Positions 1-9,175 are shown, counted from the first letter of the stretch. The stretch is DNA of 64,000 bases from Treponemataceae bacterium (GCA_963678065.2 CAXXVZ010000003.1:1152001-1216000); one strand, 5' to 3'. The notes: a model not told the origin generated them from the sequence alone. Numbers and translations: made by a program.

Positions 1-138
1 ATTTTCGACGACCGGCCTGGGCATAATCTTTTAGCCGGGGTCATACCCCACAAAGCGCGTACTGCCTGCCGCCGGCTCCCGGGTTCCGTCGAACCCAGCC
101 TACCACGATCGTTGTACCGCCAGGGGAAACATATCATC
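1..138 (-). mobile_element. End of a putative second inserted element (IS110-family-like) interrupting the IS3 orfA; the rest lies off the window
   Basis: IS3 orfA similarity stops at ATA CTA AAA (minus strand, ~139-147) and is followed by unrelated, hairpin-rich non-coding sequence. No transposase is visible in the window. Confidence 0.5.
12..98 (-). ncRNA. Putative bridge/seek-RNA-like structured RNA (partial)
   Basis: Hairpin GGGTTC-CGTC-GAACCC at 81-96. Outer stems CCGGC (12-16)/GCCGG (71-75) and GGCA (20-23)/TGCC (63-66) enclose an internal loop that carries the hairpin GGGGT-CAT-ACCCC (37-49), flanked by ATCTTTTAG (26-34, identical to the junction at 136-144) and AAAGCG (52-57). Confidence 0.45.
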
Positions 139-393
139 TTTTAGTATTGCATTCGCCTCACGAAGTTCATCATTTTCCTTTTTCAGCCTGGTCATTTCCT
201 GATCACGTGCATTCCCTTGTCCGGTAAATGCTTGTTTGTGTATTTCCTGACTCTCCCGTCGCCACCGGCACAATAGTCCAGGATCAATTCCCAAGTCTTT
301 GGCCACGTTCCGGGCACTCCTGCCTGACCGTTCCAAGTGTTCAAGTGCTTCTTTCTTGAACTCTGCCGCGTACTTCCTTCTTTTGTCTTCCAT
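100..393 (-). CDS. IS3-family transposase OrfA (HTH plus leucine zipper), C-terminus disrupted
   Basis: RRKYAAEFKKEA...VAKDLGI...LCRWRR...EMTRLKKENDELREANAILK is typical OrfA. The usual ...LKKA end is replaced by DDMFPLAVQRSW. Confidence 0.85.
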   Translation of the reverse strand: MEDKRRKYAAEFKKEALEHLERSGRSARNVAKDLGIDPGLLCRWRRESQEIHKQAFTGQGNARDQEMTRLKKENDELREANAILKDDMFPLAVQRSW

Positions 394-457
394 ACCCTCT
401 CCTCTCCTTATTCTCGGAGAGGCTTAACTCATGCTCCACTGGTTTGGGGTAGGTCCA
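139..457 (-). mobile_element. IS3-family insertion sequence, left portion (IRL plus orfA)
   Basis: Minus strand begins TGGACCTACCCCAAACCAGTGGAGCA at 457, a TG-started IS3-like terminal repeat. A purine-rich RBS and an HTH_Tnp_1-type orfA follow. Confidence 0.85.
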
Positions 458-1080
458 CCCCACACGGGCGCGTGGATTGAAACATGTTAATCATCCGAAC
501 GCGGGAGCGGAGGTAGGGTCGCGCCCCACACGGGCGCGTGGATTGAAACGTTGAAATTATGGACGATCTCAGTCCATACTCCCGTCGCGCCCCACACGGG
601 CGCGTGGATTGAAACAAAGAGGACACAGGGAAGACCCATCCGGCATTTGTGTCGCGCCTCACGCGGGCGCGTGGATTGAAACCCCATCAGGTCAACGGCT
701 TCGTGACTGCGCAGGTGGTCGCGCCCCACGCGGGCGCGTGGATTGAAACGGAGGAACATCATACCTGTCCATTGTTGCCGCTCATCGCGCCCCACGCGGG
801 CGCGTGGATTGAAACCTAATAAGGTGATCTGTCCGCATCATCTTCCATGTCGCGCCCCACGCGGGCGCGTGGATTGAAACATTTCTCCTCTTTCTAAGTA
901 CATAGGCGTCATTGGTCGCGCCCCTCGCGGGCGCGCGGATTGAAACCGCCTGTGTCCGACCTCGTGACTTCCGACCTCGCCGTCGCGCCCCTCGCGGGCG
1001 TGTGGATTGAAACGTCCTCGGAATAAAGATAGTCATACCGGCTGGAAGGTCGCGCCCCTCGCGGGCGCGTGGATTGAAAC
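458..1080 (+). CRISPR. CRISPR array with type I-C-like 32-bp repeat GTCGCGCCCCACGCGGGCGCGTGGATTGAAAC; 9 full repeats, 1 truncated repeat, 9 spacers of 33-35 bp
   Basis: Repeats start at 458 (partial, lacks GTCGCG), 518, 584, 651, 718, 784, 849, 915, 982 and 1049. Palindromic stem and ATTGAAAC 3' handle. No cas genes in the window. Confidence 0.97.
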
Positions 1081-1328
1081 CACTTCTTGGGATATCTCAG
1101 TGAGACTTCGGTATCTTCCTCTGTGGCACTGTGGGCCTTGGTCGAGTGGCGGCCTTTATCCGCAACGACGCAACGATGTGGACCTGGTAGAATGCAGACT
1201 ACTGGGCATATCGCTTCGACGCAGTCTGCGGATGGATACCGTGCCTGCATCGGGGAGGCAGAGGGAGGCGCCTTTTTTTGCGGAAGACGCTCCCGTTATC
1301 GAGAACATCCGGAGCGTCAGCGTCGACA

Positions 1329-2225
1329 TTAGTTCGTGCAGTGTTTCCGCGCCTCGTATTTCGCCATTTTTTCATAGAACTGGACTATTCCTGAGTGGTC
1401 GTTCCCCGCCTTCCCGTCGACTTTGAGCGCCTGCATCATCTCCATGACCTGGCTCGTCAGCGGCAGGGGAACTCCTATTTCATGTCCGGTTTCGATCGCG
1501 TTCGCGAGGTCCTTGATGTGGAGCTCGATGCGGAAGCCGGGTTTGAAATTCCCCGCCATCACCATCGGCGCCTTGGCTTCGAGAACGGTGCTTCCGGCAA
1601 GCCCGCCGCGTATCGCGTTGAACAGGATTTCCGGATCCACTCCGGCTTTTCCGGCGAGGACAAAGGCCTCGGACATCGCGGCGATATTGAGGGCGACGAT
1701 GATCTGGTTGGCGAGTTTCGTCGTGTTGCCCGCGCCTATATCTCCGCACAGAACGACAGACTTGCCCATTTTGGACAACAGTTCGCGGCAGGCATCGAAA
1801 ACGGCACTCTTGCCGCCGACCATTATGGACAATGTTCCCTCGATGGCCTTGGGTTCGCCGCCCGACACCGGCGCGTCGAGCATCTCGACACTCTTTTCAT
1901 GCAGCCTGGCGGCGATTTCCCGTGAGGCGAAAGGCGCTATCGAGCTCATGTCTATCACGATTTTTCCGGCCACGATACCTTCCAGAACTCCATCCGGTCC
2001 CAGAATGGCGGCCTTCACATGCGGGGAGTTCGGAAGCATCGTGATCACGATGTCGCTGGCTGCCGCAACCTCGCGCGCCGATCCTGCCGTCGAGGCTCCG
2101 GCTTCGGCCAACTCCTTGACGGGTTCGGCGATTTTATCGAAAACAGTGAGCTCATATCCGGCCTTAAGAAGATTCTTCGCCATGGGCTTCCCCATGATTC
2201 CCAATCCGATGAAACCTATTCTCAT
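1329..2225 (-). CDS. garR: 2-hydroxy-3-oxopropionate (tartronate semialdehyde) reductase
   Basis: MRIGFIGLGIMGKPMAKNLLKAG, DAPVSGG, TKLANQ, PGFRIELHIKDLANA. GAGGAG RBS precedes the ATG at 2225. Confidence 0.9.
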   Translation of the reverse strand: MRIGFIGLGIMGKPMAKNLLKAGYELTVFDKIAEPVKELAEAGASTAGSAREVAAASDIVITMLPNSPHVKAAILGPDGVLEGIVAGKIVIDMSSIAPFASREIAARLHEKSVEMLDAPVSGGEPKAIEGTLSIMVGGKSAVFDACRELLSKMGKSVVLCGDIGAGNTTKLANQIIVALNIAAMSEAFVLAGKAGVDPEILFNAIRGGLAGSTVLEAKAPMVMAGNFKPGFRIELHIKDLANAIETGHEIGVPLPLTSQVMEMMQALKVDGKAGNDHSGIVQFYEKMAKYEARKHCTN

Positions 2226-2332
2226 ATCTCTCTCCTCTTGTGAAAAATTGTATTGCCCGCTCAAGTCCGGCGCATCCGGCACATCTGTCCATTCGGTTCA
2301 TCCGGCTCGCTCAGGGACTCCGGGCCCCTGAC

Positions 2333-3160
2333 TCATCTGCCCCAGACGCTGCGCATCCACGAAAGGCCCCTCAGTGCAGCCTCTTCCCCGCTCGGATACG
2401 GAAGCGTTTCGAGCGAGACGGCCGCCTCGTAGCCGATGCCGTCGAGCGATTTCGCCACCCGCGCGTAATCGACGTTCCCCGAGCCCGGATACTGGCGGTT
2501 CGAGTCGGAGATGTGGACGTGGGCTATGCGCCCGGCGCACTGCCTCCACGATGCGTCCATGTCTTTGTCTTCGATGTACATGTGGTGCGTGTCGAGGAGG
2601 AGCTGGATGGTTTCCAGGCCCGGCCGGCGCAGGAATTCGAGGGTTTCTGCCGTGGTGTTGAGCAATGTGGTGTAGTAGAAGGCGATCGGCTCGAAGGCGA
2701 GAACGACATTCTTTCCGGCCGCATAGGAGGCGATGGGAATCAGCTCTTCGGCCAGCCTGTCCAGGCAGGCGCTGCGATCTCTGTACCGCGCGCACTTGCC
2801 CCGGATGAGCCCGAGGAAGACGACGGCGCCGAAGTGCGCCGCGAAGTCGATGTGCTCGCAGAGCCGGACTGACATGCGATTCCGCAGCTCAGGATCTTCG
2901 GAGGAGAGATTGAGCCCGTTCAGTCCGAACTCGAGGCCTGTCCCGATCGCCGCGACACCGACGCCGTAGCGCGCGGAAGTGTCGAGTATCCGCGCAGGAT
3001 CCAGGTCTTTCGGATTCCGTATGTGGAGCTCCACACAGTCGAAGCCCATGCCGGAGGCCTGGATGATCCCTTTTTCGATTCCTCCCTGCAGGAGGACCGA
3101 GGCGCCATCCCCCAACTCTTCTTCGGAAATGGCGACTCCGTACTGTATTCTGCGCTGCAT
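2333..3160 (-). CDS. Sugar phosphate isomerase/epimerase, xylose isomerase-like TIM barrel (IolO/5-keto-gluconate epimerase-like)
   Basis: GFDCVELH, LAFEP, LLLDTHHM, HVHISDSNRQYPGSG, VSLE metal-binding pattern. Confidence 0.8.
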   Translation of the reverse strand: MQRRIQYGVAISEEELGDGASVLLQGGIEKGIIQASGMGFDCVELHIRNPKDLDPARILDTSARYGVGVAAIGTGLEFGLNGLNLSSEDPELRNRMSVRLCEHIDFAAHFGAVVFLGLIRGKCARYRDRSACLDRLAEELIPIASYAAGKNVVLAFEPIAFYYTTLLNTTAETLEFLRRPGLETIQLLLDTHHMYIEDKDMDASWRQCAGRIAHVHISDSNRQYPGSGNVDYARVAKSLDGIGYEAAVSLETLPYPSGEEAALRGLSWMRSVWGR

Positions 3161-3170
3161 CGCGGAATCC

Positions 3171-4214
3171 TTACAGGGTGAGCAGTTTCTGCCAGCCGGT
3201 CAGGTCGAAGCCTTCCAGCGTCATTTTCGTGGCTCCGTACGCGTCGAAATCCCGCACCGAGAGGCCGTCGGGCTCGTAGGCCTGGATGAACTCGGGAATG
3301 ACCGCGGCGACGCGGGCCAGCGCGGCTTCGTCCACAGGATTGTCGATACAGGACTGTCTCGATAGCTTCCCTTCGGCATCGGCTTTGATTATCTCGTCCT
3401 GGATCTTGGGATGGATCGTCATGTGGACGGCGCTGCCGACCATTTTCTCCACCTGCCTGTAGGACCTGAAGGCTGCGGGCATCAGTATCTGGCTGTATCC
3501 GCGCTCCACGAACATGCCGTAGCAGCGCTTCACGACGGCGAGCGCCGCGCATTCCAGGTCGAAGGGGGAGAGCACAGAACCGCGTTCTTTGTTGAGTACC
3601 GTGAAGTAATCCTGCAATCTTCCCTGGACGATGGCCGCTGTGGAGGCGGCGGGCGCGATTCCGGCTGCCCGAGCCCGCGCGATGCCCCGCTCATTGGCCT
3701 CGCCGGCCGCGAGTATCTGGCTCAGGCTCACGCAGACTGTGGCCGTCGTCGGAATGCCCAGCGCCGCCAGCTCCTCGAGCACCTGGATGCCCGCGGCTGT
3801 GCCGGGGATTTTTACCATAATGTTGTCACCCCAGGAGGCTATGGTTTTTCCCATTTTCAGCATGGCGTCGGCATCGGCCGAGATTCGCGGCTGGACCTGG
3901 CAGCGGATGTAGCCGTATCTGCCACCGCTCTTCAGGTACAGGTCGCGGAGAATTCCGGAAATATGCCGTACGACGACGCCGATCAATTCCAGCGCCCTAT
4001 CGTTGCCCACGGCATCGGCGCGGATGCGCAGAAATTCTTCCCTGAAGATTTCCGGAGTCTCGGTGAGGGTCTGGTAGGACAGGGGGGGATTCGAGGTACA
4101 GCCGATTGCGCCTGACTCCAGGGCCGCCTCCAGCTCGTCGATTTTCGCTGAATCGTTGCACCACTGCGTTGGGGTATTTTCGGCCATCCATTTCAGATAT
4201 TCGTGCTTTGCCAT
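3171..4214 (-). CDS. Transaldolase-family protein (divergent)
   Basis: WCNDS, GCTSNPP, Schiff-base lysine motif NIMVKIPGT, T-x-T-x-x-x-S-x-x-Q. GGAG RBS precedes MAKHEY. Confidence 0.85.
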   Translation of the reverse strand: MAKHEYLKWMAENTPTQWCNDSAKIDELEAALESGAIGCTSNPPLSYQTLTETPEIFREEFLRIRADAVGNDRALELIGVVVRHISGILRDLYLKSGGRYGYIRCQVQPRISADADAMLKMGKTIASWGDNIMVKIPGTAAGIQVLEELAALGIPTTATVCVSLSQILAAGEANERGIARARAAGIAPAASTAAIVQGRLQDYFTVLNKERGSVLSPFDLECAALAVVKRCYGMFVERGYSQILMPAAFRSYRQVEKMVGSAVHMTIHPKIQDEIIKADAEGKLSRQSCIDNPVDEAALARVAAVIPEFIQAYEPDGLSVRDFDAYGATKMTLEGFDLTGWQKLLTL

Positions 4215-4321
4215 GTCTGCTCTCTCCTGAAGATTGTGATTCGTATGCGGTCTCTTGTTCCGCGGCATGCGCGGAGTCCTTGTCTTCTAAAATTCGCTTT
4301 CGCCCGGAAACAGGGTGGGTT

Positions 4322-5068
4322 TCAGCCCATGTACATTCCGCCGTTGATGTCGAGGACGGCGCCGGTGATGAACGCGGCGGAATCCGATGCGAGGAATGCC
4401 ACCGTCTCCGCTATCTCTTCGGGTTTCCCGAGCCTGCCCACCGGTATCGAATCGTTTATCGCGACCATGTCGTCGGCGGTAAAGCCCTTGATGATGTCCG
4501 TTTCCGTGGTCCCCGGCGCCACTGCGTTCACGGTGATGCCATTGTGCGCCACCTTTTTCGCCAGGTGCCGCGTGAGTCCGATGAGCGCGGCTTTCGAGGC
4601 GACGTATGCGGGGCCGACGCTGACGCCGCCGGAGCGGCCCGCGAGCGACGAAATGGTGACAATGCGCCCCCAGCCCCGGGCGATCATCGGCACCAGAGCC
4701 TCCCTCGACGCGAACATCACTCCCTTGAGGTTGATGCCCATGACGCGATCCCATTCCGCTTCGGCCACCTCGTCGAATGGCGTATTGGAGAGGATTCCCG
4801 CGTTATTCACCAGGATATCGAGCCTGCCGAAACGCGCGACCACATCGGCTACGAGGCCTGCGATCTGATCAGGTTTCGACATGTCGACCTCGAATACCGC
4901 CGCTTCGGCGCCAGTGGCGCGGATTTCCGCGGCCGCAGCTTCGGCGGCGGGAAGGTCGATATCCGCGATCACGGGCAATATCCCCTTCGCGGCAAACGAT
5001 ACCGCTATGGCCTTGCCTATTCCTCTCGCTCCGCCGGTGACGATAGCGACTCTGTGTATGATTTCCAA
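4322..5068 (-). CDS. Short-chain dehydrogenase/reductase (SDR)
   Basis: TGGARGIG, NNAG, YVASK catalytic motif, VNAVAPG. Confidence 0.92.
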   Translation of the reverse strand: MEIIHRVAIVTGGARGIGKAIAVSFAAKGILPVIADIDLPAAEAAAAEIRATGAEAAVFEVDMSKPDQIAGLVADVVARFGRLDILVNNAGILSNTPFDEVAEAEWDRVMGINLKGVMFASREALVPMIARGWGRIVTISSLAGRSGGVSVGPAYVASKAALIGLTRHLAKKVAHNGITVNAVAPGTTETDIIKGFTADDMVAINDSIPVGRLGKPEEIAETVAFLASDSAAFITGAVLDINGGMYMG

Positions 5069-5078
5069 AGTGTGTTCC

Positions 5079-6212
5079 TTATCCGCGGCAGACGCTTCGC
5101 GCGGTTTTTAGCCAGACGAGACTTTTTTCCAGAGTGTCCCTTCCTCCCTGATAGAGCGCGTCGGCCCAGATCTCGGCCCTGCGCGTCTTCATCGCATCGA
5201 GCCTTGAGCCTATCGCGCCGCGCATCGTGGCTTCGTCCGCGCCCAGCACTTCGTTGACGGGGTGCATGCAGCACTGGAAGGCCGTTTCAGTACCGAAGAT
5301 CCTGTCGGCGGCTACGACATCCGTCGATTGCGAGATGTGCATGAGTTCGGGCTTCAGTTCCTTCAGTTTCGGAAGGAAGGGCGTCATGTTGCCGCAGCTG
5401 TGGTAGTACCGCAGCGCGCCGTAGAAATCGCGAAGCTTCTTTTCCGCGGGGTAGATGTATTCTTCGTATGTCGAGGGCGAGAACAGGTTCCCGTCGACCT
5501 CATCGTTGAACTCGTCGCCTGAGGAAATCCTCCGGTACACCACATACTGCCAGTCTTTCGACTGATCGCGCGGATCTACTCCGAGGAAGGCGCAGCGCTG
5601 TTTTTCCCACGCGATGCGCGACTCGACGATGAAATCCAAAAGGTCGACCACGAACTCAGGATCGTCGGCGAGGTCCATGTACAGCTCGTTGAAGCCGCGC
5701 AGCATGCAGGCGATGCTCCAGGGGCCGCGTGCCCAGCCAGGGAAGCGCACCGGCACGGGGCCGGCGAGCCGCTGCATCTCTGCATGTATCGCGTGGACCC
5801 TGGGCATGAGGCCGCTTGAGAAGAAATCGGGCCTCTTCAACTTCGCGAGCTCCGAATGCTCCACGATCACTGGCTCTGTGTACATGGGATCGGTGCTCTC
5901 GGAGAAATGCGAGCCGACGCCGAACAGCGAAGGTTCCAGGGCGACGCCGAAATCGAGGCCCAGGGTGGGCTCGATGACGGTGTCGTCGGGAATGTTGTCG
6001 TGCCAGAAGAGCTTCCACCGCATCTGGGCGGCCAGGGCCACTTCCGGTTTCTCGAAATACTCCATCAGGCTGAAATCGACGATATTTTTCCAGACGCTGC
6101 GGCCCAGGCCCACGTGGAAGCTGATCCTCCGGGGGGCTTCCATCAGTCGTGCGTTGCGCGGCGAAAAGGAGAGCGCCTGGAAACGGCCGATCAGCGCGTC
6201 AAGTTCACTCAT
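5079..6212 (-). CDS. Uroporphyrinogen decarboxylase/MtaA-CmuA-like fold protein
   Basis: RGPWSIACMLRG, YMDLADDPE, FSPSTYEEYIYP, YYHSCGN. Confidence 0.75.
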   Translation of the reverse strand: MSELDALIGRFQALSFSPRNARLMEAPRRISFHVGLGRSVWKNIVDFSLMEYFEKPEVALAAQMRWKLFWHDNIPDDTVIEPTLGLDFGVALEPSLFGVGSHFSESTDPMYTEPVIVEHSELAKLKRPDFFSSGLMPRVHAIHAEMQRLAGPVPVRFPGWARGPWSIACMLRGFNELYMDLADDPEFVVDLLDFIVESRIAWEKQRCAFLGVDPRDQSKDWQYVVYRRISSGDEFNDEVDGNLFSPSTYEEYIYPAEKKLRDFYGALRYYHSCGNMTPFLPKLKELKPELMHISQSTDVVAADRIFGTETAFQCCMHPVNEVLGADEATMRGAIGSRLDAMKTRRAEIWADALYQGGRDTLEKSLVWLKTARSVCRG

Positions 6213-6224
6213 GTCGATGCTCCC

Positions 6225-7502
6225 CTATTTCACGAACATGAGCGCGGGCAGCCAGGTCGTCAATTTCGGAACGTAGGCGACCAGGAGCACAACGATCCAT
6301 GGAATGGTGGCGAAGGGGATGAGGTACTTGAGCAGTTCCTTCATGGTGATCTTGGCGATGGCCTGCGTGATGAACAGAAGGACGCCGACCGGCGGCGTTA
6401 TTCCGCCGAGAATGAGGCAGATGGCGATGACCGTCGCGAAGTGGATGGGATCGTAGCCGAACTGGAGGCCTACCTGGGAGAGGATCGGGATCAGGATGAC
6501 GGCCGCCGCTATCGTCTCGACGAAGCATCCGACGATGAAGAGGAAGACCACGACGAGGAACATGATCACCTTCGGATCGTTGGAGAGCGAGAGCAGGAAC
6601 TTTGCCGCGATCTCGGGGAACTGCTGGCTGGCTAATATCCATCCGAACACCGAGGCGCCCGCGACAATGATCATGATCATGCTGGTGGTGGTGGCGGCTT
6701 TCTTCACGATCTTCGGCAGGTCTTTTATTCCGTATTCCTTGTAGACGAAAAGTCCGACGACGAAGGAATACACGGCGAGGATGACACCGGCTTCGGTGGC
6801 GGTGAACACGCCGCCGAGGATGCCGCCGATCACGACAAAGGGAGCGATGAGCGCCCAGATGGCGTCGATGAAGCTGTCCTTGAGTTCCTTAAAGCTGAAC
6901 GTGCCAGTACCCGCGATGCCGAGCTTCTTGGCCTGGAAGTAGTTCACGACCATGAGGCCGATGGCGATGAGGACGCCGGGGATCGCTCCGGCCATGAAGA
7001 GTTCGCCGATGGAGAGGCCTGTGATGGTGCCGTAGATGATCATGATGAGGCTGGGCGGGATGATGGGGCCGAGCGCGCCGGCGCAGGCCTGGAGGCTCGC
7101 GGCGTAGCCCTTCGGATAGCCGTTCTTGATCATGGAGGGCATCATGATGGTGCCGATTGCCGCCGTGTCGGCCGACGCAGAGCCGGAGATGCCCGCAAAT
7201 ATGGCGCTGGAGAGGACACAGGTCATGCCGAGTCCGCCCCGGATGGAGCCGACGCAGGCATTCGCGAAGCGCACGAGACGCCTCGATATGCCGCCTGAGT
7301 CCATGAGCTCGCCCGCTATCATGAAGAAGGGAATGGCCATGAGCGAGAACGAGTCGACCGATGTGATCATGCGCTGCACGACCACGAAGAGCGGCGTCTG
7401 GTTGACGGCCAGCGCGATCATCGAGGAGATCGCCATGCTGAAGCCGATGGGGATACCGATGGTCATCAGCACGAGAAACGAAATCATCAAAATTGTAAGC
7501 AT
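6225..7502 (-). CDS. dctM: TRAP transporter large permease
   Basis: AIPFFMIAGELM, GISGSASAD, IIPPS, ITPPVG. Confidence 0.95.
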   Translation of the reverse strand: MLTILMISFLVLMTIGIPIGFSMAISSMIALAVNQTPLFVVVQRMITSVDSFSLMAIPFFMIAGELMDSGGISRRLVRFANACVGSIRGGLGMTCVLSSAIFAGISGSASADTAAIGTIMMPSMIKNGYPKGYAASLQACAGALGPIIPPSLIMIIYGTITGLSIGELFMAGAIPGVLIAIGLMVVNYFQAKKLGIAGTGTFSFKELKDSFIDAIWALIAPFVVIGGILGGVFTATEAGVILAVYSFVVGLFVYKEYGIKDLPKIVKKAATTTSMIMIIVAGASVFGWILASQQFPEIAAKFLLSLSNDPKVIMFLVVVFLFIVGCFVETIAAAVILIPILSQVGLQFGYDPIHFATVIAICLILGGITPPVGVLLFITQAIAKITMKELLKYLIPFATIPWIVVLLVAYVPKLTTWLPALMFVK

Positions 7503-7522
7503 GGTTTTCGGTGCTCCTGTCG

Positions 7523-8029
7523 TCAGATGGCGTCGGGGTCTACTTCATCGGTCTGCTCCCGCATTTCCTCGGGGAGCTTGTCCTGCCAGAGGAGAATGCA
7601 GTCCAGCACCAGATAGAAGGCCATGAGCACAGCCCCGACAGGGATTGCGGCATAGATGAAGGACATTGGTATGAGTAGAGCCGTCGAAGCCTGTGTGCTG
7701 AGGATGGGCATCATCTTGAATCCTTGCTGGGCGAGCACGAGGACGAACGCAAGCATGATGGCGTTGTTGACGAGTGAAAATGCTTTCTTCAGCCCCGGTT
7801 TCATCGAGGCGATGACGATGTCCATGACGATGTGTTTCCGCCTGCGGACACAGAGCGCCGTACCGAGGTAGACGAGCCAGATGAACATGTAGCGGGCGAG
7901 TTCCTCCGCCCAGGTGAGGGAGTAATTGAGCACATAGCGCATGAACACGCTTACGAATGACAGGGTAACCAGGCCTGAGAACAGCGTGACCTGCAAGACG
8001 TCGAGCACGCCGATGATTTTCTTGAGCAA
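7523..8029 (-). CDS. dctQ: TRAP transporter small permease
   Basis: RYVLNYSLTWAEELARY...HIVMD. TTG start at 8029 follows GGAGG. Confidence 0.9.
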   Translation of the reverse strand: MLKKIIGVLDVLQVTLFSGLVTLSFVSVFMRYVLNYSLTWAEELARYMFIWLVYLGTALCVRRRKHIVMDIVIASMKPGLKKAFSLVNNAIMLAFVLVLAQQGFKMMPILSTQASTALLIPMSFIYAAIPVGAVLMAFYLVLDCILLWQDKLPEEMREQTDEVDPDAI

Positions 8030-8059
8030 TTGGAATTCCTCCCGGGAAGGGCAAGGGGA

Positions 8060-8083
8060 AGCATCCGGGCCGTTCCGGATGCT
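8060..8083. other. Intergenic stem-loop between dctP and dctQ (probable mRNA stabiliser or attenuator)
   Basis: AGCATCCGG-GCCGTT-CCGGATGCT inverted repeat. Confidence 0.6.
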
Positions 8084-8099
8084 CCCGCTATGAAAACTC

Positions 8100-9089
8100 T
8101 TACTTTCCCGCGTCGACGATCTTCTGGATGAGGTCGTTGGCGCCGTACTTGTCACCGTACTCCTTCCAGACGGAAGACACTGCAGCCTGGAACTCGGCCT
8201 TGTTGACCTCGACCTTCTTCACGCCATTCTTGTAGAGCCCGGCGAGAGCCTCGCCATCGAGCTTCTCGGCAAGCTGTCGGCCATAGGCGCTGGCTTCGGC
8301 GGCGGATTCGGCGATGATTCTCTTCTGCTCGGCGTTGAGCGTTTTCCACACCAGCTCGCTGATGTTGATCGAGAGGACCGTGTAGATATGGCCCGTCATG
8401 ATCATGTACTTGGTGACTTCGTACATCTTCGAGGTGTAGGCGGCCTCGGCGGGCTGCTCGAATCCCTCGACGACCTTGGTCTGCACGGCGGTGTAGACTT
8501 CGCCCCAGGGGATGACGGTGGGATTCACGCCCATGGCCTGGAATGTCTTCACATAGACGGGAGACTCGGGCACGCGGAGCTTGATTCCCTTGAACTCCTT
8601 GACGGTCTTCACTTCCCTCGACAGGTACACGTTGCGGAACGCGGAATCCATCCAGCCGAGCGAGCGGACGCCCTTGGCGAGGAGGTCAGCCTGGAGCAGC
8701 TTGCCGATGTCGCCATCTTCGACCTTGCGGACGTGATCGTAATCCTTCCAGAGGTAGGGAAGATCGCAGATGCCCCAGCGGGGGGCGAAGTTGGAAAGAT
8801 AGCCCGCGTCGTTGATGGACATGTCGATGGTGCCGAACTGCATGCCTTCAACGAGGGCGCGCTGATCGCCGATGGTGCTGTTGGGGAACACCTTGATCTC
8901 GATCTTGCCGCCGGACTTGGCAGCCACGATCTCCGCGAGCTTCATCGCGGTCTTGACTACCGAGTGATCATTGGCAAGATGAGAACCGAGCCTGAGGATC
9001 TTCGTCTGCGCTCCGACTGAGACCGCAGAGCCTGCCGCAAACGCGATAGCCGCTGCGACAGTGAGAGCCACCATGGATTTCCTGAACAT
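8100..9089 (-). CDS. dctP: TRAP transporter periplasmic substrate-binding protein
   Basis: Signal peptide, IKVFPNSTIG, carboxylate-binding Arg motif KLRVP, WGEVYTAVQTKVVEGFE. Confidence 0.95.
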   Translation of the reverse strand: MFRKSMVALTVAAAIAFAAGSAVSVGAQTKILRLGSHLANDHSVVKTAMKLAEIVAAKSGGKIEIKVFPNSTIGDQRALVEGMQFGTIDMSINDAGYLSNFAPRWGICDLPYLWKDYDHVRKVEDGDIGKLLQADLLAKGVRSLGWMDSAFRNVYLSREVKTVKEFKGIKLRVPESPVYVKTFQAMGVNPTVIPWGEVYTAVQTKVVEGFEQPAEAAYTSKMYEVTKYMIMTGHIYTVLSINISELVWKTLNAEQKRIIAESAAEASAYGRQLAEKLDGEALAGLYKNGVKKVEVNKAEFQAAVSSVWKEYGDKYGANDLIQKIVDAGK

Positions 9090-9175
9090 TTCGTTCCTCC
9101 ATCTCCAAAAAACGCATTCTCCCTCTACGAAGGAGATTCATGGAAACAGTGTTGAATGTTTCCCCTTGGCCACAA

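Noticed and set aside
1081..1145. Possible tenth spacer plus a degenerate terminal repeat
   Set aside because: Similarity to the repeat is too weak to call.
1256..1279. AGGCGCC followed by T7 as a terminator of the array
   Set aside because: The stem is too short and ambiguous.
429..1426. Several ORFs over and just beyond the CRISPR array (FQSTRP repeats)
   Set aside because: They are translations of the repeats and adjacent non-coding DNA, not proteins.
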